Numbered from the stretch's first letter, positions 9,581 to 17,442 are shown. The stretch is DNA of 64,000 bases from Clostridia bacterium (GCA_017936375.1 JAGBFR010000050.1:55597-119596); one strand, 5' to 3'. A program made the numbers and translations. The notes: a model not told the origin generated them from the sequence alone.

Positions 9581-10471
9581 ATGAAGTATTGTTCTGTAGC
9601 TGAAATCGCGAAAAAATGGAATATCTCCGAGCGAGCCGTTCGGAATTACTGCGCTCAGGGCCGTATCCCAGACGCCTTCCTGACAGGCAAGACATGGAAT
9701 ATACCGGAGAACGCAGAAAAGCCCTCTCGTATTCCCAGAGCAAGGAAAACCCCTGAAACGCTGCTCGAGTATTTGAGAAGAGAACAGGAAAGCAAGCTTT
9801 CCGGCGGTATTTATCATAAAGTCCAGATTGATCTGACATACAACTCCAATCACATCGAAGGCAGCCGCCTGACGCACGACCAGACGCGCTACATCTTTGA
9901 GACGAATACCATCAGCTTCACTGATCATGCCGTAAGCGTGGACGACGTTGTCGAGACAGCGAATCACTTCCGCTGCATTGATATGATCATCGATCACGCA
10001 GATCATCTGCTCAGCGAACGCTTCATCAAGCAGCTGCACGGAACGCTGAAAGCCGGCACAAGCGACAGCCGCAAGGATTGGTTTGCCGTTGGCGATTACA
10101 AGCGCCTGCCTAATGAAGTCGGCGGAAGGGATACCACACTTCCAGAGCATGTTGCCGCAGAAATGCGGGATCTGCTGGCGTGTTACAACGCTGCGCAGAA
10201 AAAAACGCTGGAAGATATCATCGATTTCCATGTGTGCTTTGAGAGCATCCATCCTTTTCAGGACGGAAACGGACGCGTCGGCAGGCTCATTATGTTCAAG
10301 GAATGCCTGAGGCATAACATCGTCCCATTCATCATCAGCGAAGATCTGAAGATGTTTTACTATCGCGGACTGCACGAATGGAAAAATGAAACAGGCTTTC
10401 TGATCGACACGTGCCTGACCGCACAAGATCGTTTTAAGGCAATTCTGGATTATTTCCGGATACCGTATTGA
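9581..10471 (+). CDS. Fic family protein with N-terminal HTH
   Basis: Canonical Fic motif HPFQDGNGRVGR. Upstream SNHIEG matches the (S/T)xxxE(G/N) inhibitory-helix motif. The N-terminus VAEIAKKWNISERAVRNYC is HTH-like. The GGAGG RBS favours the ATG at 9581. Local GC is lower than the flanks. Confidence 0.85.
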   Translation: MKYCSVAEIAKKWNISERAVRNYCAQGRIPDAFLTGKTWNIPENAEKPSRIPRARKTPETLLEYLRREQESKLSGGIYHKVQIDLTYNSNHIEGSRLTHDQTRYIFETNTISFTDHAVSVDDVVETANHFRCIDMIIDHADHLLSERFIKQLHGTLKAGTSDSRKDWFAVGDYKRLPNEVGGRDTTLPEHVAAEMRDLLACYNAAQKKTLEDIIDFHVCFESIHPFQDGNGRVGRLIMFKECLRHNIVPFIISEDLKMFYYRGLHEWKNETGFLIDTCLTAQDRFKAILDYFRIPY

Positions 10472-10506
10472 TTCCTCATCATCTCACTCCCGGGAGGTCA
10501 TCCAAG

Positions 10507-10965
10507 ATGAACCGCATCCTCTTTATCTGCCACGGCAACATCTGCCGCAGCCCGATGGCTGAAATGATCATGAAGGAACTCGTGCGCCGCAGGCACCTCG
10601 AGCGCCTGTTCGATATCGCCTCCTGCGCCACCAGCACGGAGGAAATCGGCAACCCGGTCTATCCCCCCGCCCGCGCGGAGCTGGCGCGGCAGGGCATCCC
10701 CTGCGAGCGGCGCGGCGCGCGCCAGCTGACGCGCAGGGATTACGAGGACTACGACCTGCTCATCTGCATGGACGACTGGAACGTGCGCAACGCCAAGCGC
10801 ATCACCGGCGGCGACCCGGAGGGCAAGATCCACAAGCTGCTCGAATACGCCGGCCGCAGCGGCGACGTCGCCGACCCGTGGTATTCGGATCGATTTGACA
10901 TCGCCTATGATGACATCCTCAGCGGCTGCGAGGGCCTGCTCGCCCTGCTGACGAAAAAGGAGTAA
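10507..10965 (+). CDS. low molecular weight protein-tyrosine-phosphatase
   Basis: P-loop CHGNICRS near the N-terminus (C-X5-R-S) and a DPWY aspartate loop. Confidence 0.85.
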   Translation: MNRILFICHGNICRSPMAEMIMKELVRRRHLERLFDIASCATSTEEIGNPVYPPARAELARQGIPCERRGARQLTRRDYEDYDLLICMDDWNVRNAKRITGGDPEGKIHKLLEYAGRSGDVADPWYSDRFDIAYDDILSGCEGLLALLTKKE

Positions 10966-10969
10966 GCCC

Positions 10970-11542
10970 ATGTGCGGCCGCTTTTTCATCCCGGAAAACG
11001 ACATGCCCGAGGAGCTGCAGGCGATCATCGACACGCTTGAGCGCAGGCAGGGCGAGCCCGTGAAGCGCGGGGAGATCCGCCCGGCGGACAGCGCGCCCGT
11101 CCTTGCCCGCAATCGGAAGAACGAACCTGCGCCGTTCCTGATGCGCTGGGGCTATTCCCTCGGCGGCAGGCTCGTCATCAACGCCCGCAGTGAGACGGCG
11201 GCGCAGAGCCCCCTCTTTGCCGACGGCATGCAGTCCCGCCGCTGCCTCATCCCCGCCGGGCACTACTATGAGTGGGAGCGGCGCGGCAGGGAGCGCATCT
11301 GCTATGCCATCCGCCCCGAGGGGCAGCGCATGCTCTACCTGGCAGGCGTGTACCGCTTTGAGGGCGCGCAGCCCGTCTTCTCCGTGCTCACCCGCGCGCC
11401 GTCGGAGGAGATCGCCTTCATCCATGACCGCATGCCCGTCATCCTCCCCGGCACGCTGGCGGGCGAGTGGCTCTCGCCCGCGGGCAATGCGCGCTCGCTC
11501 CTCTCCATGGCGCAGCTCTCCATGGAATACGGCGCGATGTGA
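10970..11542 (+). CDS. SOS response-associated peptidase (SRAP/YedK family)
   Basis: Starts MCGRF with the catalytic Cys2. 190 aa. Confidence 0.85.
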   Translation: MCGRFFIPENDMPEELQAIIDTLERRQGEPVKRGEIRPADSAPVLARNRKNEPAPFLMRWGYSLGGRLVINARSETAAQSPLFADGMQSRRCLIPAGHYYEWERRGRERICYAIRPEGQRMLYLAGVYRFEGAQPVFSVLTRAPSEEIAFIHDRMPVILPGTLAGEWLSPAGNARSLLSMAQLSMEYGAM

Positions 11543-11574
11543 CCGCTTATCCCTCTCCTCCAAAAAAGCATTTT

Positions 11575-11598
11575 GACGGCCTGTGCCGTCTTTTTTTA
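11575..11598 (+). terminator. intrinsic terminator after the SRAP gene
   Basis: GACGGC-CTGT-GCCGTC followed by TTTTTTTA. Confidence 0.7.
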
Positions 11599-11608
11599 TT
11601 CTGACCCC

Positions 11609-11637
11609 TTGACAGCTATATCGGCCCCCGATATAAT
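11609..11637 (+). promoter_or_regulatory. consensus sigma-A promoter of the padR operon with embedded palindromes
   Basis: TTGACA, a 17-nt spacer, then TATAAT. The spacer carries TATATCGG-CCCC-CGATATA, and ACGATATATCGT lies downstream. Confidence 0.7.
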
Positions 11638-11697
11638 GTTCATACGATATATCGTTGGACGATATACCAGCCCCGATATGACCAAGGAGGAATCCGC

Positions 11698-12018
11698 TTG
11701 AACGAGAGCATCTCCCTCACCGAATCCACCTATTACATCCTGCTTTCGCTGGTCACGCCGCAGCATGGCTACGGCATCATGCAGACGACGGAGCGCCTCT
11801 CCGGCGGCAGGGTCCGCCTCGCGGCGGGCACGCTCTACGGCGCGCTCAGCGCCCTGTGCGAAAAGGGATGGATCGCCCCGCTGCCCGTCTCGCAGGACAG
11901 CAGAAAGAAGGAATATCAGCTCACCGACCACGGCCTCTCCGTCCTCAAGAGCGAGCTCGCGCGCCTGCGCAGTCTCGTGGAGAATGGGGACGCTATCCTG
12001 AAGGAGGAACTCAAATGA
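11698..12018 (+). CDS. PadR family transcriptional regulator
   Basis: Winged-helix signature YYILLSLVTPQHGYGIMQ...GTLYGALSAL. TTG start preceded by AAGGAGG. Confidence 0.85.
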   Translation: MNESISLTESTYYILLSLVTPQHGYGIMQTTERLSGGRVRLAAGTLYGALSALCEKGWIAPLPVSQDSRKKEYQLTDHGLSVLKSELARLRSLVENGDAILKEELK

Positions 12019-12524
12019 ACGAACAAAAGACCATCCGCAAGTGGTTCTGGGTATGGGACTTTGAAAAGGAAGAGCAGTGGCTCAATGAAATGGCCATGAG
12101 CGGCTGGGTGCTCAGCAGCGTGGGCTTCTGCAAATACACCTTCACCGCCTGCGAGCCGGGCGAATACACCATTCGCCTGGAAATGCACGAGCACGACGAA
12201 GCCTATCTCGCCTTCATGAAGGAGGCGGGCGCGGAGTATGTCGGCCGCATTGTACAGTGGATCTACTTCCGCAAGCGCACGGAGGACGGGCCCTTCGATC
12301 TCTTCTCGGATATCGATTCCCGTATTGCCCATCTGGAGAAGATCGGAAAGACACTCTCAGGCGTCGGGCTGGGCAATCTGGCCATCGGCCTGGCGGTGTC
12401 GATGAATTCCTTCGCCCCTCTCGGCTGGATCAATCTCCTCTGCGCGACGCTGCTCATGTACGCCCTCGGGCGCACGCACGGCAGGATCGATGAGATGAAA
12501 AAGGTGCGCCAGCTGCACGAATAA
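12015..12524 (+). CDS. DUF2812 domain-containing membrane protein
   Basis: ATGA overlap with padR. The N-terminus WFWVWDFEKEEQWLNEMAMSGW is typical of DUF2812 partners of PadR. Two C-terminal TM helices. Confidence 0.7.
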   Translation: MNEQKTIRKWFWVWDFEKEEQWLNEMAMSGWVLSSVGFCKYTFTACEPGEYTIRLEMHEHDEAYLAFMKEAGAEYVGRIVQWIYFRKRTEDGPFDLFSDIDSRIAHLEKIGKTLSGVGLGNLAIGLAVSMNSFAPLGWINLLCATLLMYALGRTHGRIDEMKKVRQLHE

Positions 12525-12569
12525 GCAAATCAAAGCAGGACGGTCGCCCGTCCTGTTTTTCTATATGGA

Positions 12570-13091
12570 TCACTTCAGTGCCGTGATCTCCATGCACCGG
12601 CGGAAGACCTTGAAGCCGCACGCATCGTAGAACTGCAGCGCGCAGTCATTAAAAGCCCACATGTCCAGCGTCATCCGCTCATAACCGCGCGAAGCAGCGT
12701 CCCGCTTCATGTACTCCACCAGCGCGCGCCCCGCTCCGCAGCGCCTGTGCGCCTCAGCCACGCAGAGCTCCTCCACATGGTAAAACCGCTGCGCATAGCC
12801 ATAGATCCCCTCCGGGCTGTTGACGAGGCGGATCATCGCATAGCCGACGACCTCCCCATCTAAGACTGCGACGAGGACGTCCGTATCCTCTCCAGCGATA
12901 AAGGCCTGCGTCAGTTCTTCAAGCTCCGGGCGCATCTGCGGTCTGAAGAACTCCGGCCTGCCCTGCGCATGCATCGCATTGAGCTCGCGGCGCATGCCGT
13001 TGACCAGCGCGATCTCCTCCGTGCGCGCAGGCCTGACGGTGATCGGCGTGCCAGTGGTCTGTTCGTTATTCTGCGTGACATTCATAATCAA
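12570..13091 (-). CDS. GNAT family N-acetyltransferase
   Basis: 173 aa with motif A HRRCGAGRALV. Confidence 0.8.
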   Translation of the reverse strand: MIMNVTQNNEQTTGTPITVRPARTEEIALVNGMRRELNAMHAQGRPEFFRPQMRPELEELTQAFIAGEDTDVLVAVLDGEVVGYAMIRLVNSPEGIYGYAQRFYHVEELCVAEAHRRCGAGRALVEYMKRDAASRGYERMTLDMWAFNDCALQFYDACGFKVFRRCMEITALK

Positions 13092-13278
13092 TCACCTCTT
13101 CTGCATTGTTTCACCGCTCAATCTACGCCCACAGGCGAGCCAGCCCCTTTATATGTTCCCATTATATCACGGATCGCTGCAGCTTGTCAGTTTTCCATGG
13201 CATTCATGAAGGAATTGCACCCCGGCATCAAGAAGAATAGCAGCATCACGACCCATGAATCACAAGGAGAAATGCGCT

Positions 13279-14775
13279 ATGGCACAGACGATTCATCTCA
13301 GGACGGAGAATCTGCAAAAGCTCCGCTCCGTCGACCCCAGACTGGTCTCCTACAACATCGAGATGACGGAGGTCACCGGCGGCACCTTCTGGAAGGCGTA
13401 TACCCCGGAGGAAATCGCCGGACGCGGCACATTCCCCATGGTCGGCTTCTCCAAAAAGGGCTCGCTCATGCAGGTCTACCCGCCCATCGACCTTACCCAG
13501 CCCCGCCTGAGAAAGCTGGCGAAGGCGCTGGGGCCCGTGTGGGTCCGCGTGTCCGGCACATGGTCGACCAAGACCTATTACGACTTTGACGGTGCGGCAA
13601 AGGGCGTCGCGCCCGAGGGCTTTCAGAATGTGCTGACCCGCGAGCAGTGGCTCGGCGTCCTCGATTTTGTCAAGGCCGTCGGCGGCAGGCTGCTGGTGTC
13701 CGTCGCCAACTGCGAGGGCATCCATGCCGCCCATGAGCCGTGGCAGCCCGCGCAGGCAAAGCTGCTGTTTGACCTGAGCCGCGAGTACGGCGTGCCGATT
13801 GACGCAGCGGAATTCATGAACGAGCCGAACCTGCTCTCCGGCTCCGGCGCGCCGAAGGGATACACCTTCAAGGATTACATCCGCGATCAGGACGTCTTCA
13901 ACAAGTGGCTCCATGAAAACTACCCGGAGACGCTGGCCGTCGGCCCCTGTTCCGTCGGCGGCGGGCAGATGGGCAAAATGAAGCTGGAAGAGGGCCTGCT
14001 CAAGATCGTCTCCAAGCTGGTCGGCACGGAGAAGCTCCTCAAGGGCGCGAAGGAAAAGATGGATGTCTTCAGCTATCACTACTACAATGGCGTGTCCGAG
14101 CGCATTGCGGCGGGCATGAGCTTCGTCCACTGGCCCGCAGAGAAGGCCCATTCCGAGGCCTATCTCGACGCGGCAGCCTACTGCGCAAGGGCCGCCGCGA
14201 AGCTGCGCGACCAGTACATGCCCGGCGCGCAGCTCTGGGTCACGGAGTCCGGCGACGCGGGCGGCGGCGGCGATACGTGGGCGTCCACCTATCTGGACGT
14301 ATTCAGGACGCTCAACGAGCTGGGCTCCTTCGCCGCGATTTCGGACGGCGTCATCTTCCACAATACGCTGGCCTCCTCCGACTACGGCTGGCTGAAGCAC
14401 GGCACGTTTGAGCCGCGGCCGAATTACTTCGCCGTCCTCTTGTGGAATACCCTGATGGGCACCGAGGTCTACGACTCCGGCGAGCCCATCCGCGAGGGCG
14501 CGCATGTCTACTGCCACTCCCGCAGGGATGGGCAGAAGGGCCTTGCGTATCTCATCATCAACAATTCCGCGACGGAGAGCACCGCCGTGGAGCTGCCCCG
14601 CGAGGCCGTCCGCTACACGCTGGCGGGCCGCGACGGCGTGCGCAGCCCCGTCATGACGCTCAACGGGCGCGAGCTGTTCTTGGGCGCCAATGACGAGCTG
14701 CCCGACCTGTCCGGCGAGACGGTCAGCGGCAGGCTTGTATTGGCGCCGCAGACGTGCACGTTTATTGTGGTGTGA
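13279..14775 (+). CDS. glycoside hydrolase family 79-like (heparanase/beta-glucuronidase-like)
   Basis: Clan GH-A acid/base motif FMNEPN. The nucleophile segment LWVTESGDAGGGGDTWAS parallels the heparanase GETSSAYGGG segment. Start at MAQTIHL. Confidence 0.65.
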   Translation: MAQTIHLRTENLQKLRSVDPRLVSYNIEMTEVTGGTFWKAYTPEEIAGRGTFPMVGFSKKGSLMQVYPPIDLTQPRLRKLAKALGPVWVRVSGTWSTKTYYDFDGAAKGVAPEGFQNVLTREQWLGVLDFVKAVGGRLLVSVANCEGIHAAHEPWQPAQAKLLFDLSREYGVPIDAAEFMNEPNLLSGSGAPKGYTFKDYIRDQDVFNKWLHENYPETLAVGPCSVGGGQMGKMKLEEGLLKIVSKLVGTEKLLKGAKEKMDVFSYHYYNGVSERIAAGMSFVHWPAEKAHSEAYLDAAAYCARAAAKLRDQYMPGAQLWVTESGDAGGGGDTWASTYLDVFRTLNELGSFAAISDGVIFHNTLASSDYGWLKHGTFEPRPNYFAVLLWNTLMGTEVYDSGEPIREGAHVYCHSRRDGQKGLAYLIINNSATESTAVELPREAVRYTLAGRDGVRSPVMTLNGRELFLGANDELPDLSGETVSGRLVLAPQTCTFIVV

Positions 14776-14815
14776 AATACATGACTATGTTACTATTTAT
14801 CGAGAGGTGAAGAAT

Positions 14816-14878
14816 ATGACATACGGTTTCTTCGTACAGGCCTTTGCCGCCCAAGTCTTTGCTCCGCACATGGTCTGA
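14816..14878 (+). CDS. candidate 20-codon leader peptide (MTYGFFVQAFAAQVFAPHMV)
   Basis: GAGGTG RBS 6 nt upstream of the ATG. The stop codon sits in the 5' arm of a 10-bp stem (14877-14930). Upstream of an efflux-type MFS gene. Confidence 0.3.
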   Translation: MTYGFFVQAFAAQVFAPHMV

Positions 14879-14938
14879 TCCGGACGGTACGTGTGCGGAG
14901 CGGAGTATCCAGACCATTCTCCGTCCGATCGGGCTATG

Positions 14939-14971
14939 TGCTGCTTGCATCAAAAATACATGTAAGGAGCA
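14939..14971 (+). promoter_or_regulatory. Shine-Dalgarno-sequestering hairpin upstream of the MFS gene
   Basis: TGCTGCTTGCAT pairs with ATGTAAGGAGCA (11 of 12 positions, 9-nt loop). The 3' arm contains the AAGGAG RBS of the ATG at 14977. Confidence 0.4.
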
Positions 14972-14976
14972 AAGCC

Positions 14977-16269
14977 ATGAAAAAGAATTCTCCCGCCGCC
15001 AGCCTGCGCCCCTTCCTGATGCTATGGGCTTCGCAGGGCGTTTCCTCCATGGGCACCGAAATGACCAATTACGCGCTGGTCATCTGGGTTTACAGTCAGA
15101 ATGGAACCGCGTCCAGCTTATCATTGCTGACACTCTGTTCCTTTCTGCCCACCATTCTGTTCCGCTTTATCGCCGGCGCACTTGCTGATCGATGGAATAA
15201 GAAGCGCATCATGCTGCTCTCAGATCTGCTTGCCGCCTGCGGAACCCTTACGGTCTTCGCGCTTTATTCATCGTCAGCTCTGACAGTTATTCATCTGTAC
15301 GCCATCAATACCCTGCTGAGCCTGATGAACGCATTTCAGGTGCCTGCGGCCTATGTGGCAACGAGTCTACTGGTACCCGAGGAGCACTATATCCGCGCAG
15401 GAGGCCTGCAGACGGTATCAGGCGCGCTCATATCCATCCTTTCGCCGGTATTGGGCGCAGTTGTCCTTGCGTGGGGCGGTATATCTGCGGTGCTGGCAAT
15501 TGATCTGGTCACCTTTGCCGTCGCTTTCCTGACCCTTCTATTCATCCGCATACCCAAGATTGAGAAAAAACAGGAATTGAGGGAATCTTTCCTGCAGACC
15601 AGTCTGTCAGGATTGCGGTATCTCAAGGAGCATCCGCATCTTCTGCATCTGATCGTGTACATTGCCGCTGTGAATTTCCTTGCCAAGCTGGGGCCGGATG
15701 GACTGATGTCCGCCTTCATCCTCAGCAGATCAAGCGGCAATCAGGCTGCACTGAGCGTTGTCCAGTCAGCCGTAGCGCTGGGGCTGCTGACAGGCGGCAC
15801 GCTGACATCCTTTGCAAAGCAATCGCAAAACCCAGTCAGAATGATTCTCATGATGTGCTGCCTCATTTTTACTGCAGGTATAGGCCTTTCGCTCAGCAGG
15901 AATACAATTGGCTGGTGCGTAACAGCATTCCTCCAGTATACCTTTGCAGCCGTCATGAATATTCACTGGGGCGCGCTTATGCGCTCAGAGGTTCCATTAG
16001 AGATGCAGGGACGCGTATTCTCAGCCAGAGATACCCTGCAGAATTGCACGATTCCTTTGGGGCTGTATCTGGGAGGCGTGCTTGCCGACCACGTATTTGA
16101 GCCGCTGATGAGCGGCAAATCCGCAGCGGCAGCATTGCTGGCTTCTGTCTTTGGCAGCGGAAACGGCTCGGGCATTGCTGTGTTGTTTTTTCTTGTTTCA
16201 GCAGCCGGGCTTATCCTCAGCGCAGTCTGCATGAGCACGAAATGCTTTAGCAAGCGTCATTCAGCTTAA
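14977..16269 (+). CDS. MFS transporter (Mef/EntS-like efflux type)
   Basis: About 12 TM helices. The N-terminal region LWASQGVSSMGTEM...ALADRWNKKRIM resembles macrolide/enterobactin exporter-type MFS_3 proteins. Start at MKKNSP after AAGGAG. Confidence 0.85.
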   Translation: MKKNSPAASLRPFLMLWASQGVSSMGTEMTNYALVIWVYSQNGTASSLSLLTLCSFLPTILFRFIAGALADRWNKKRIMLLSDLLAACGTLTVFALYSSSALTVIHLYAINTLLSLMNAFQVPAAYVATSLLVPEEHYIRAGGLQTVSGALISILSPVLGAVVLAWGGISAVLAIDLVTFAVAFLTLLFIRIPKIEKKQELRESFLQTSLSGLRYLKEHPHLLHLIVYIAAVNFLAKLGPDGLMSAFILSRSSGNQAALSVVQSAVALGLLTGGTLTSFAKQSQNPVRMILMMCCLIFTAGIGLSLSRNTIGWCVTAFLQYTFAAVMNIHWGALMRSEVPLEMQGRVFSARDTLQNCTIPLGLYLGGVLADHVFEPLMSGKSAAAALLASVFGSGNGSGIAVLFFLVSAAGLILSAVCMSTKCFSKRHSA

Positions 16270-16320
16270 TATGATCAAGGGCTGCTGCAGTTAATCCTGC
16301 AGCAGCTCTTATTCTATATC

Positions 16321-16522
16321 GGAGCATAGGGGAGTCTCCTCTCGCGCCTCGACGGCGCTCGGTCAGGGCGGCTCTGACGTGCCACTGGCACGTCATTCAC
16401 ATTCCGGGGAGCCTGCATAGTCGCGGTGTTCCACCGCTCCTTGCAGTTCCCCACGCTCCGCCTCGCTATTTCGCCCACTGGGCGCGCTCGGCTTCGGTGC
16501 CGCCCAGGTTCGACTCCCCTAT
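16321..16522 (-). ncRNA. expanded copy (A) of the tRNA-Ala-tail structured element
   Basis: Shares the outer about 45 nt and about 22 nt with the 110-nt copies. The inner helices are rewritten by compensatory changes, and there is an insertion of about 93 nt (16406-16498) that folds on its own. Lacks the terminal ACCA. Strand assignment is tentative. Confidence 0.45.
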
Positions 16523-16532
16523 TTTTCATAAC

Positions 16533-16567
16533 ATAAGAAAAAGCACCCACAAGTGGGTGCTTCTTAT
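16533..16567. terminator. bidirectional hairpin, stronger as a minus-strand terminator
   Basis: GCACCCA-CAAG-TGGGTGC. The minus strand is followed by TTTTTCTTAT. Confidence 0.55.
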
Positions 16568-16570
16568 GGG

Positions 16571-16712
16571 AAACGACTCAAATACTAAAACAATTCCCGG
16601 CTATCGTTTTGCAGTAGAACCTTTCGTTTTGCGAATAGATGTGTTGGGTGCAAACGACTCTGACTGGGTGTAAAACCGGCTCGGTGGGTACAACACCGGA
16701 CTTTCGTTTTGG
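16571..16712. repeat. repeat L1 (GGGTGCA and CTTTCGTTTTG motif array)
   Basis: Aligns directly with 18045-18175 and in inverted orientation with 17608-17700. Confidence 0.55.
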
Positions 16713-16806
16713 TATTTGCTGTTTCGTGTACTTTTACTTTTTTAAACATCAAAGAGTTGCGATATGCAGCAGCCTCTTCGAATGGCAATGAATCCATTTT
16801 TGCTAT

Positions 16807-17442
16807 TTATTCCTCGGTAAAGGGGGAATTTTCTGCTATTACAAGCTCCACACCCTCCATTTCTGATGCCAGGCGTTGTTCCCGCAACCATCGTGAATGG
16901 GCAGAACCGACTTCAGGCCATTCCAATTCTTCCCGTTTGATCTTTGCCAACTGAAACAACTCATCGTCCATAATGGATAAATAAACATCCATTTGTTTTT
17001 CAGGAGAGAGCCAAGCTTCAATCGCAGTAACCGCAATTCGCAGAGCATCGTAAGGTGGATATCCATATATCCCCGAGGAAATCAGAGGAAAGGCAACGGT
17101 ATGCGCATCGCAGTCCCTCGCATCAAACAAAGCAGACCAGTAACAGTTGTACAGCTGGATGGCTTCCTCTATGCTGCCCGTTTTATAGATTGGTCCAACG
17201 GCGTGAATGACGTATTTTGCAGGAAGGGCAAACCCCGGTGTAACAACTGTACTGCCAACCTCGCATCCGCCTATTCTATCGCAGGCTTCTTGCATCTGAT
17301 TTTGACCAGCAGCACGAAAAATTGCACCGCACACACCACCGCCTTTATGTCTTGCGAAATTCTTCAATTTTGCATTTGCTGCATTGACAATCGCATCGAC
17401 TTGCATGGTAGTAATATCTTGTTGAACAAATGTTAGCGGCAA
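16807..17442 (-). CDS. macro domain protein (ADP-ribose/O-acetyl-ADP-ribose hydrolase family) with C-terminal extension
   Basis: VDAIVNAANAKL and GGGVCGAIFRAAG motifs. TTG start 7 nt after AGGAGG. The last roughly 65 aa have no domain I recognise. Confidence 0.85.
   Translation of the reverse strand: MPLTFVQQDITTMQVDAIVNAANAKLKNFARHKGGGVCGAIFRAAGQNQMQEACDRIGGCEVGSTVVTPGFALPAKYVIHAVGPIYKTGSIEEAIQLYNCYWSALFDARDCDAHTVAFPLISSGIYGYPPYDALRIAVTAIEAWLSPEKQMDVYLSIMDDELFQLAKIKREELEWPEVGSAHSRWLREQRLASEMEGVELVIAENSPFTEE

Noticed and set aside
9503-10426. 307-aa minus-strand ORF antisense to the Fic gene, unusually long for a lower-GC region.
   Set aside because: It has no recognisable motif or RBS, while the plus-strand frame carries the complete Fic signature and HTH. 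The coding assignment goes to the plus strand.
16321-16522. tmRNA, or a two-piece/permuted tmRNA, because of the tRNA-Ala-like CCA tail.
   Set aside because: There is no tag-peptide reading frame or resume codon, no pseudoknot series, and no 5' GGGG acceptor partner for the 3' strand. The 5' end pairs with the T-stem region instead. At 110-202 nt it is also too short.
16807-17442. DarTG-type toxin-antitoxin (macro-domain antitoxin).
   Set aside because: No DarT/DUF4433-like or any other ORF is adjacent. The flanks are non-coding repeats.
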